Below the pieces are notes generated by a model. The model was not told the DNA's origin, did not search any database, and saw only the letters and a list, made by a program, of their open reading frames with translations. Positions 45,794 to 57,140 of a stretch of 64,000 nt of DNA are shown here, piece by piece. The stretch is from Klebsormidium nitens (taxonomy: Eukaryota > Plantae > Klebsormidiophyceae): contig DF237247.1 of the NCBI GenBank assembly GCA_000708835.1, forward strand, positions 1 through 64,000, given 5' to 3'. Within the stretch, counting starts at the first letter, position 1. The number at the start of each line of letters is the position of its first letter. The translations under genes were made by a program, and so were the position numbers.

Positions 45794-46750
45794 ATGGGTC
45801 GTCCTTGTGAAGACCCCGATGCCGTAAGCAACGAGGACAACAACTTCAGGGCGGAGATGGTGGTTGCCTTCGCTCAAGCCCTTCGGGAAGCGGAAGCAGC
45901 CAGAGCGGTTGCCGCGTCGACCAAGTCTCCAACTACAATGGCTGCCGATGCCTACGAGAACCTCTGCTTTGACTTCCCCCTGGTCGACAAAGATGCGCTG
46001 GACGCGCTGGGACTCGTCATCAAGTAAGTGCGCCCTAGTTTCTGAGAAGCCGTCTTCATGCATTCTAAAATTTTCTCTCGCTGGTCACCACCAAGGTGCT
46101 GTTCTGAAAACAGCGGCCTCTTTGCCTGCCTAGATTCGTACACTTCTGTCACCAAGCTGGCCCTACCGACGAGCTCATCATTGAGAAAGGGCTGTCCACC
46201 CGTCAGCTTCTGGTGTCGCCATAGCTTTCTAGTTGTAAGATTCCAAAATTTCCATACACAAGCTAGGGAGGTGGTCAAGGCAATAAGGGAGTCTTTGGTA
46301 TGTAAGGACTTTTAGCAGAACCTGCATCTGGAGTGTATTGTGCACTGGAGGGGGACAACTTGGATGCAATCGGAGGTCCTGGCCCTGATTCCGCTGACGC
46401 ATCTTCACTACAGGTCAAATCTGGCTGTGACCGGCCGCATTTCCTTCCCAATCACCCCGCGCTTCGTTGCGGGCCTGAGGTAAGCAGCCGGCCAGCTTGC
46501 ATGTATCAGTCCCCAAGTTGATCAAACATTTGTCAAGGGGATAGATTCTGTGGCTCAACCAGTCATCTGTCGCTTCGTAGATGGTATAGTCAATCGACCG
46601 GCAGCTTGCCCTTCGTGCCATTCCCCTCTGAACTTCCAATCACCAGAATGTCACGATCACCGAGCATAAAGAACGACGATGTCAAACTTCTCAAAAACAG
46701 CCTTCTGAGGAGGAATCTGATTAGACTGTTGGCATCGCACATCGAGCAGG
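45794..46750 (+). CDS. Multi-exon hypothetical gene or pseudogene, extent uncertain
   Basis: MGRPCEDPDAV...LGLVI|GTAAG, followed by further GT-AG-bounded protein-like exons; not fully frame-checked. Confidence 0.4.
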
Positions 46751-46783
46751 TCATGCAGTGTGTGCCATTTGCGGTGGTTATGC

Positions 46784-46860
46784 CCCTGGTTATGGCCTGA
46801 CTGTGCCCTGGTTACGGCCCTGGTTATGCCCTGGTTACGGCCCTGGTTATGGCATGGTTA
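46784..46860. repeat. Minisatellite CCCTGGTTA(C/T)GG, about 6 units
   Basis: Directly visible. Confidence 0.85.
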
Positions 46861-47704
46861 AGATCTAATCTCTTATCCTGCTTCTGCAGCCACTTGGCTC
46901 GGCCAGCAGCCCCCTCGCAACTAGGAGAGGATGCCAATACACCCGGCAACGACTCTCAGGGCCAAGCCAAGGGGCCTGTTAGCGACCAGTCCATCGCACT
47001 CGCCACCATCCTCTGTAAGTGAGACCTGGGCCTGCTTTGATAAATACGAGCATTTGCTGCGCCAATTACATCGGGTCACTGAAAGGGCGGTGTATCCTTG
47101 TTGCTTCTCAAATGTCAAGTTGAGCGCTCACAAGCGACTTATCTGCAATATCCAAGCCACGGTCATGTCCTTGTCTGGCCGATGATTGCTCCCCCTCTAC
47201 CCAGAGCTCTGCTTTTACTGTTGCTGCTAGCCTCCCTCTTCAAAGTTTTCCGCTGGAATCTGATGACCATGTTTCTTGGAACCCCTCAAACCGACGAGCA
47301 GGAAAGTCGCTGTTAGACTCTAGGCTGACATACAGTCACCCCCTCGTGGTCCTAGATTTGGCCACATTATACTCAAACAAGCTGCCTGCGACGGCTGGAG
47401 TTAGTTAAGGGGTTTATTTACGTGCTTGGGTTGCGGTTTTCAGTCTTAGTTTCTTTGTGAAAGTTTAACTTCTTGCAACTCTTTCTGCATTTCAGCTCGC
47501 TTCTGCAGCTTATGTTGTAGTCGTACCGGCCACTGCTGTCACGGACGATGGCCAGGCCTTGCGTGCCCTCCTCGGGTTGGTCAAGATTAGTACGGCGCGG
47601 CTTATGTGAGCGGCGCGGCTACGTCTCTGGGTCAGGAATCTGATTCAATTTGTGGTTCTCGTTTTTTCATAAGCTGACACTAACTTCATTTCTCGCTTTT
47701 ACAG

Positions 47705-50700
47705 CCTGTGTACTCGTGGTGTCTCCTTCCCACGCGCTCGCCACTGCTCTTACGGACGACGGCGGAGCCTTGCGCGCATTGCTCGGAACGTACCGCTCGG
47801 CCGGCCCCACCGCTGGCGTCCCCCAAGAACTCGCCTCAGAGACTCTGACACAATCGAATGAAGCGGCCATCGATGAGGGTCACGATCAGCCTGACCCGCT
47901 GCCCGAGGATGGTGAGCTGCTTTCTCTTCCGGGTGGTTTCGCTTTCAGTTTGAGGCCGCAACCGCTCCCTACTCTTTCCATGGCTTCTCTGTAACTAGGG
48001 TGCATATCGGTTCGAAGTAGTGCGATCCTGAGCCAGCTCGCGTCCGCCCTCGTGGGTTTTGAAAGACTACGTTAAGGTTAAGGTTTAAGTCGGCTTGAAA
48101 AGCTGGAGTTAACCTGTTAAGATGGCACCTCGACCCCCAGTGTCATTTGGCGGACGCGGGCCGCCCCTGACGTTAAGTTCATGTCGAGTTGCATCAGTTC
48201 CACGGGCACAAGATGAATCCTGAATCTTGAATCAAGATGCTCTGCACCCATAGTCACCCTTGCCCGTCTGCCCGGCAGTAACCTATTTCAACCTGGCTAT
48301 TTCTTGTGCAAAGCCGCACCGTTTGCGGCTGCTCGGCCTGCCAGCCGCAAGCCGGCGACACACGTTGCGTGTTTGCAAAGCTACTTTGCGGGGGCAACTG
48401 TATACGAACGGACAATCCTGTTTACTTGTAACACATTACGCTGTGTTTGAGGTCGAATATATCGTACATGGAACCTGATGCCATGATGTTGTTCTTCTTT
48501 GGCACTTGACCATTTTACCTTATGTTTGCAGACGACTCGGACTGGGAACCCCTGGAAGAGGGCCTGAGTGGTGCAAAACCCCCTTACCCGGACCCCTTGC
48601 TTCCCCCACCGGACGACGGCCGTGCCTTGACGTGGCAGGAGCTGATTGGTCGCCTGGCGGATCTCGCTTCTCACACACGCTACGAGGTAGGGACAAACCG
48701 TTGCACTTACTTTATGCCCCTAATCTGTAAAAGCCGGAGAAGGGGTAAAAAAGAAACAGTCAGCCTGCCACATCCGTAGAGACAAATCGTCGCACGGTTT
48801 TTATGCCCCTAATATGTAGAACTGGGAGAAGGGGTTTTGAACAAAAACAGTCTGCCTGCCAAAGCCGCTGATGACAGACAGAAGTTCCAGTTGTAGTCAA
48901 AGCTCAGCTTCTTTTGTTTGTGAGCTTTGTCTTTGCGGCACGCCTGTACAATCCCTCTCGGCCGGGCGTGCGCTGACAAAGAATTTCTGCCAATGACAAG
49001 GCTCTTACTGTAGGATTCGCATCGTGCAACTGAAGACCCGGTTACCTCTGCTCAAAAAAGCATTTTCGCTGGTGTCGACTCTTAAAAGCCCCCTCCTCAA
49101 GACCACTCGTCCAGTCAATGTCGGTCTTGTGTCAGGTCACGTTTCTGCCGGCACGTCCCCTTTCAAAGACCCGCATCGGACTCGTCCCGCACTTTCTGGC
49201 CTCTGAAGCTGGTCTCAGAAGGAATTCTGATTGCGAGTGCCTTCTTTGCAGGCCCTAAGTTGCAGCGCTGTCTGGACAGACCCCACTCTCCGCGTGGTGC
49301 CTTCCACCCTTGACCGGCTTGAAAACAGTCTATCCTTCCCGTCCTTATGCCAAAGCCTTTCCTTTGGCGGAACGCTTTTTTAAAGTGGATTTTTTTTTGT
49401 GGGCGAAACCCTCATTTTGGCGGACTTGTTTTCTGCAGGCCCTAAGTTGCAGCGCTGTCTGGACAGACCCCACTCTCCGCCTGGTGCCTTCTACCCTTGA
49501 CCGGCTTGAAAACAGTCTACCCTTCCCGTCCTTATGTCAAAGCCTTTCCTTTGGCGGAACGCTTTTCTGAAGCGGAATGATTTTCTGGGCGAAGTCCTCA
49601 TTGTGGCGGACTTGTTTTCTGCAGGCCCTAATTTGCAGCGCTGTCTGGGCAGACCCCACTCTACGCCTGGTGCCTTCCATCCTGGACCTTCTAGCCGGCT
49701 TGCAAGCGTGCGGCCGGCACCACGCAGTCGATGTCACCGCGGCAACACGGCCTTACCTTGCGCTTCTCGTTGATAGGTTGGCGGCAGACTCCGCAAACGG
49801 GGGCAGGTGAGGAGATTGACATCAGTGTTGGACCGATGATGTAGCTTGTGGACAGATACGTCGCTGCTTCATTAACGGCCGAATCTCGCGCTTCTTGTCG
49901 ACAGACTGGCGGCAAACGTTGAAAGCTTGGAGCAGGTGAGGATTACCATACAGTGACATAGCTTATGGGCAGATGTGGAATTAAGGGATGTGGCGGCCAC
50001 TACTCGGCCGCACTTCGCGCTTTGTTTTCGAAGGAAGGCCGCAAATTCGAAGGAAGGCCGCAAATCCTGGAAGCGGAGGCAGGTGAGGAGCACCTTACAG
50101 ACGTTGCTTATGGAGAGTTGACACCGTCGTGCCCTGAATCCAGACTTCGCTGACTCCCTCCTTCAGACCATTTTTCATTCTTTCTTCTTTTCATCGTCAC
50201 GAGGCCCCAAGAAGGGCTCAAAACCGCTCTCCGCTAAGAGTACTGAGACACCACTGTTTTCTACCTCGTTGCAGCGACAGCATCGCCACCGTGGTGCCCC
50301 GAGTCTTGACCACGCTGACTTCCTCCCAGCCGGGGGATCCCTCCCTGGCCCCCGCCTTTCTGTCGTCTCTAGTTGCTCGCCTTGCGGCCCGCCCAACGGC
50401 GCACCCCCTGCTCTGGCCAGCGGTTCAGGAGGCGCTCCCTATGCTGGCAGCGCATGCGCAAACGGTGGGTCGTGCTTGACTGAACTTGGGTCTTGGCCCA
50501 ATAAACTCGATAACGTGATGACCTTCCGTGATCGCTGTTATGGACAAACAGAATTGGATGTCTCATTCACGGTGGGTCCTTTTCTGGACTCGGCGTTTCG
50601 GCCCGATAAATCAGCAGAATGATAACATTCCGTGGTCGTTACTGTGGTCAGGTAGTTTCACTGTTCTGCTGCATCGAGACAAAGAACTGCGATCAAGGAC

Positions 50701-53063
50701 TGAGGTCCTTATGCGTTACTAAACCCGAACTGGACCTGCCGTAGTGCAGAGAGTGATACTCAATTTCAGGACGTTAAGATACGGTTAGCTTGGAGCACTT
50801 GGGGAGTGCAGAGGGAATTTGGGCCAGAAGTGTAGCGCGGACATCATTGCGGAATCAGAATGAGAATGCGGAGGCTGGGTCTACGGCCACGACTGGCTGG
50901 CCGGGGTAGAGGCGCTCATGATTGTGCTGACGTCACAAGCGGAGACAGCCCCAAGGAACACGTCGAATCTGGGTTCCAAAAATTTCCTCATTTGTGCCCG
51001 GCTGCTAAGCGCGTCCGAAGATAGCTTGTACGACCGTTTACTTTGGGCTTACCAGGTACTTGGCACAAAGACGGAGCGTGCTCACGACTGGCTGGCCGAG
51101 GTAAAAAGAGCTCATAATCGTTCTATGGAAAGGTAGCCCCAAACAGAAAACTTCAAGTTGGGTTTCATTGGTGCCCCGGCTGATAAGCCCGTTTGAACAA
51201 AACTCATCTGACCGCCAAACATGATATCTAATCAGGTACTGGGCACAAAGACGGAGCGCGGTCACGACTGGCTAGCCGAAGTCGAGGCGGTGATGATTGT
51301 GCTGACTTTTTACGTGGAGGCAGCTCCCGGGAACGCCGATATCGGCCCGCCGTTACTGCAGGTGAGTGCGATGAGTCGGCACGAAACTTTCGTCTGGAAG
51401 CGTCACTTGTCACAGTTGAGGCTATTGTAGTCTTCAGGGATCCAGCGGTTGAGGTGCGCCAGACTTGCGCATGCCATCATATCAAGTACCCCTTCTTCAG
51501 CGCACCATCCAGATCGCGGACCGTTGGGACTTCTGTCAAACTGGACAAGAGTTACAACCAAACTGTCTCCCTCTTTGCACTCTCTTGCCACGTGTCAACT
51601 TTCGTTTGGTCGGCTTGAAATAAGAATCATCCTATATCGATTTCCACTGCAGAGTGGCCTCTTACGCGACTCCCTCGCGCTCTTCGCCGCCGCCGCTGCC
51701 GCCCCCCCCGCCGAGCAACTCCGTCGCTTCCTCCTTTTCGCCTGCGCGGCGTCCCCCGTGGTCGCCCGTTTCGCAGCCGCCGTACCCACCTTCTTGGCGA
51801 CTACCACGTCGGAAGCGTTTCTAGACGCCCGCGGCCCCGCCAGTCTGCATGCCGCCATTTGGCCGCTCGTGCTGCCACGTGCGGCGACGAGTTTGGCGGG
51901 GGCGGAAGATCGCGCTGCGGCGCTTGTGCGCGAGCCGGCGCAGGCGTGGACTGGGGGCGAGGATCCGGGTAAGCCCGTTACGCTTTTCTTTGACCAATTA
52001 AATGGTGAGCAGGCAAGAAAGCCGAGGTTTTCAGAAACCCGCTTTAGGTGTTCCCAAAAAGTCAAGCTGGTCCTTGACTATTATTTTGTTTCGTGGGAAG
52101 TAGTTTGACGGACGTTCTGTCCTTTTGCTTGGGTTCGCCCGACCTTGAAGCCCCAATTATGCCGAACCATTCCCTAGAAGGTTTTCTTGTGTCTGTCTTG
52201 CTCGAAGAAAGGCGTGCCTACGAGTGACTTCTATCTTTGCCGAGTAGCGACTCTCATTTCTCTTGAGTATGGATGGATGCGCCAGATTGGGACGCAACTT
52301 GGACTCAAGTTGATAGCCGAGGCGTGCCAGTCAGAGCATTGGAAACTAGTAAACCGAAGCTTGAAAAGTTGACGAAACAATACCTCAGCGAGAGAGAAAC
52401 GGTGTTGCAATTCTTGCTGCAGATGCAATCATGCTGGCGGGCGCTCTGGGTCGGCTTCACCGCTTCCTGTCACTGCTGCAAAGCGTCGTGCGCGCGGCTC
52501 CGGCCAACCGCGCGGTGTGGACAAAAGGCGGCCCCTTAGAGCACGCCTTGAAAGAATGCGCGGCAAGTTTGCGCTCCGCCAAAACTAGCACCGCCCAATC
52601 AAGCCCACCGCAATCGGCGGCCTTAAGAGAGTTCTCTGACGAGGCGACTTCGCCGGATGAGGGGACAATTGAAGCGGTTGGAAGCGCGCAGTTGACAGCC
52701 TTGAGAGAGTCGGTTAAGGAAGCGCCTTCGTCGAACGAGCCGGATGATCGAAGAACGGACGCGACCGTGATCGAAAGCACAATAGAGAGTCGGATACAAG
52801 AGGCGGCCCTTGGTATCGGTGGAGAAAGGCATGCGGAGGAAGGAAAGCCGGCTCAGATTGAGGAGGTCACGCCCGATCTCGATGGCGAGGTTCGAACGAA
52901 GGGAGGGAGCCGGCACGTGCGGTCTGCTGACCGGCAAGCGCCGGAAGTCGATAGGAGCACGGCGGAAGACAAAGTGCAAGAGCTGCTGCCTACTGTTCTC
53001 AAGCAGCTGAAAGAGATCTCGGATCACAGTAGGGGGGCCGGGGCGGTCGGTAAGAACGATTGA
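47705..53063 (+). CDS. Uncharacterised multi-exon, Ala/Leu-rich helical (ARM/HEAT-like?) protein; start not located
   Basis: GT-AG exons near 47705-47910, 48530-48690, 49627-49805, 50278-50465, 51237-51361, 51652-51967 and 52422-53063 with protein-like translations. Confidence 0.65.
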
Positions 53064-55689
53064 GGAAGGAGTCAGAAGGTCGGAAGCTTGCTCAGCGTCA
53101 TCCACGGTTGCGTGTGACCTTCTCACCTCTGCATCTCATGAAAGCATCGCATGCCGTTACCAAACATGCACGCGGCAGCTGTGCTATGTTGGCTTTTGAG
53201 TACATAGGTTTTTATCAGCCTAGCCTTTCGTCGAGCAATGTATTGAAGACTTGCTAGGCTGCTTCACCTGTAACCCCTTTATTCGCTTGGCCTTTTGGCC
53301 TTCGCTGACTTGAACGAGATCGATCTCGGCGAGGTCAGCGGCGCGGCTGGCTTGGCGACCGTCTGGGCGTTCTTTTTGTTTATGCCCGATCACTTAAGCC
53401 TGTAACTCTGCCAGAGGCCGGTTTGTCACATGAACTAATATTAAAAGCGACGGCGGCTCGAAGATTATATGCATGCGGGGCGGCCCGGGATCATTGTGGC
53501 ATGACCACGTCGTATAAAACATTGACTGATCATTTATGGCCGCGCCCGGCTGCGCACATGCATGCATGTGATCGGGTGTACCGTACATCCGGACACGCAC
53601 AGGCTGAAACGCGCGAGCCCCCTGGTGGCGCCAATGATATCTCACGTACATGCCTACACGAATGATGGATCGATAGATCAAATATGGCCGGTGCACTGGC
53701 ATTCAGTGTCCGGCCAGAACTGCATGATACGATGGCGCAATTGAATATGTTCATGACGTACACTCGAGAGCGGAAGAAGCCTTCTTCACTCAATTGAAGT
53801 GCAATCAGTGAATCACTTTTTCTTCGAAGAAACGTTTATGATCATAAACTTATTTCATAAACTTTATAAGAAGCAATTACGTTCTCTTTACGAACTTATA
53901 AGACTGAGCCTCTGTGAGTCAGGGCTTGGCGCAAGTGTTGCGAGTCAGATCGCGGCTCAGCTTAATTGGTTTAAGCTGAGCACATTATTTGGGAAGCTAG
54001 CACGTTCGCTCAGGCTTCCGAATGTACACTGCTAACTGATGACGGTCGATCTTCGATCAGCGACAAACCGTTTCTTAGTTGAATGTTTCGATCTATGATA
54101 CTATAATTCTATAAATTATGGCAACTACAAGACCGCGTAAGGTTGAATCTCTTTTTACGATGCTTACATGCACGTCAGCTTTGACTTCTTAGAAAGCACC
54201 CTACATGGGGTCAACGTACTTACTTACGGACCGCGACTTGTTCCTTATGTACAACGGACATTAGGGCCGATTTGCAGTTTAGTCTCAATACGTATCCACC
54301 ATTTCAATGGACCCTTCAAATGCTAATTTGTGGAAAGCAATTGACAGATTAGGTTTTTTGCACGGAACCAGTTTGTACACATGCCTGACCATGACGCTAG
54401 CTTAACTTCAAAAAAGGTAGGCCTTCACGCCTTTCGTCCTGTGTACTCCCAATCGTCCTGCTTAGCCGATGCCTTCGGTTGGATTCAACGGTCCGGTCGA
54501 CCCAAGCCTGGAAACCAGAAGATGGAAACGCTTAATATAAAGTAAACGGAAGATCATGGTGGTTCCCGTATAAGCGTTGGCTCGAACCTTTTCAGGGGAG
54601 TCAAAAAGCACAGAAGCATTAGTGTTTGATATGTCACCGAGCACCTTTAGACCGACGACAGCCTGTGATACATGATTATTGAGGAGTGTCGCTCGTCTGC
54701 CTCGGTCTAAGAGTTCGCTATAATGTACAGAGAGTTTCAGTAAAAGTTCCGTCGTGATACATGAGAAGGATCAGAACGCATTCTGCTGTAGTGGCCTAAT
54801 GCACGCCCCTTCGTCTGTCTCTCAAACCGGCCGAAATGTCCCATTTGATAAAACGGGAAAAGGTTTTGAAACGGAGGACTGGTTCTGGAGAAGCATAAGG
54901 TCAGAGCAAAAGCTTCGCGTTTTGACCAGAGGGTCCAGCAAGGTTTGAAAGCTCACTTTGTGCCGTTGGTAAATGGACGTCAGGGGCATTGGAGAAACGC
55001 CGAGCCCGAAGATCGAGTTGCTAACCAGCCAGGGAACCCACTTGTGGAGCGTGGACTGCAGTGGGTTTGTTAGCGGTTAACAGCGTCATCTTTTAAGGAT
55101 GACCGGTTCTGTTTCTGGGCTCCTTTGATGGGTATAGAAGGCCAGCATTTGAAACGGCTGACCCTACTTGTGGGTTGAAGAGCGTCAGCGGCCTTTCAAA
55201 GCATGGCTGACGGCAGAATTATGTTGCTATTCATTATTACTATTGAATGATTAAATTGAACAAAGTTGCCCAAGCTCTTGACACCACACTCTTGACACCG
55301 ATCGAAGGACGGCTTCGAAAGCGCCCGATCAAGCACGAACGCCAGACAAGTCTACTGGTGCCTCCGGTATAGAAGAATGAAATGTTCAGAAGCCTGAGAA
55401 GATCATCTGCGCCAGAGAAATAGCAATTCTAAGACAGCCAACAGCACGGAAAAGCAGCGCTACAACGCGCATGCTCTTCTGGAGATTCCATGTGACAAGC
55501 AACGTGAGGCAACAAATTGGGGAAAGCCAGTTGATTCGAGGATTAACCAGGGATCGTCATGTCCTATAACGATCATACTCCCCTACATGACAGCATGAAA
55601 AGAAACAAAGTAAGAAAGCTCATAATGCGCAGCCCACCTGCACTATGGTTCGTACGCTGCTCATAGCGTATAGGAAGTCGCTCGCCGCG

Positions 55690-56460
55690 TTTTGGGACTC
55701 GGAGAGGTCCACCAGGGCGTGGCCCTCAGGGACCCTTAGCGCGGAATAGCGCTCCAGCACGCCCGGTAGTTGCCCCGGTTCCTCCTGCAGAGAGCAGGAT
55801 TCCGGTTCCGGTGGGCGGAACAACAAACGGAACGCTACCGGAACGAAGTTGAAGCAACTTAGGGCGTGGCCCTCAGGGACCCGTAGCGCGGGAGAAGCGC
55901 TCCAGCACGCCCGGTAGTTGCCCCGGTTCCTCCTGCAGAGAGCAGGATTCCGGTTCCGTTTGGCGAAACAAAAAAACGGAACGCTACCGGAACGAAGTTT
56001 GAGCAATTTAGGACGTGGCCCTCAGGAACCAGCGCGGAGAAGCGCTCCAGCACGACCGGTAGTTGCCCCGGTTCCTCCTGCAAAGAGCAGAGTTCCGGTT
56101 CTGTGAGCGGAAGGACGACGAACGGAAAGGAAGCATTAGAACTGCGGTTCCGTTGGGCGGAACAACAAACGGAACGCTACCGGAACGCAGTTGGAGCAGA
56201 TGACGACGTGGCCCTCAGGGACCCTTAGCGCAGACCGGTGGTTGCCCCGGCTCTTCCTGCAGGCATTTAGAGTTGCGGTTCCGTTGAGCGGAAGGACAAC
56301 GGAAAGACACCGGAGCAAATTAACGGAGCGCGGCTTTTGGAGACCCGTAGCGCAGAGAAGCGCTCCAGCTCACCAGGTAGATACCCCGGCTCCTCCTGCA
56401 AAGATCAGAAGTGCGGTTCTGGTGGGCTGAAAAGCGACGACCAGAATGCTACCGGAATGA
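55690..56460 (-). repeat. ~145-bp-period array of decaying copies of a monooxygenase acceptor/exon start
   Basis: CGTGGCCCTCAGGGACCC...GTAGTTGCCCCGGTTCCTCCTGCA...CGGAACGCTACCGGAACG recurs about 5 times. Confidence 0.9.
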
Positions 56461-56479
56461 CAGGGGGGCAGCATTACAG

Positions 56480-57140
56480 AGCGCGGCTTTGTCCACGAGA
56501 GGCTGCCCAAGCGCGGCCGCGTCTTGCTTTCTTCGAAGGATGCGTAAATTGTTTACAACAAGCGATACGCAAGGCGCGTCGCTCTCCATGTGCGCGAGCA
56601 GCTGCGCGACTGCGGCCGGCGTGTCGAACAGCATCCCCTCAATTCAGAAGGTAGCGCGTTGCTCAGGTTTTCACAATGTCCACGAACGGGCGCGCTCGCG
56701 CGGCCGCGTCCGGCGTTCGTCCCTTCAAGCTGTCTTTAAAAGCGCAACAAAAGTGCGCCGCTGTAGTCCCACCAGTCCGCGAGCAGCCGCGCTCACGCGA
56801 CCGCGTTCCGTGTTCAAAGGATTCCTGTCGTCTGGAAGTACGCAGCCGCGTCCTGCGTTCGTCCCTCAAGCGCTTTGTGAGAAGGAACTAGTAAAACGTG
56901 CGTCGCTTTGGTTTCCCTCATGCCCTTGTGCAGCATCCCTACGACAGGCGAAACAAAAGGGCGCCGCTCTAGTTCTCACCATGTCCACGAGCAGCTGCGC
57001 TCGTTCGGCTCCGTCCTGCGTCCTTCACTGTTCGCAAAGGATCGAAAGAAAAGGGCGTCGCTCTAGTTTTCACCATGTCCGCGAGCAGCTGCGCGAGCGC
57101 GGCCGCGTCCTGCATCCCGATGTTGCAGCCCTGCCCCAGG
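56480..57140 (-). repeat. Array of decaying copies of the preceding exon's 3' end
   Basis: CCATGTCC(G/A)CGAGCAGCTGCGC...GGCCGCGTCC variants repeated about 5-6 times. Confidence 0.75.

Noticed and set aside
53428-53760. Possible TIR element (CATGAAC.AATATT ... AATATGTTCATG)
   Set aside because: The inverted match is short and imperfect, with no TSD or second copy in the window.
54900-55200. Possible mirror patch
   Set aside because: Contains the normal minus-strand monooxygenase exon STLHKWVPWL...IYQRHK.
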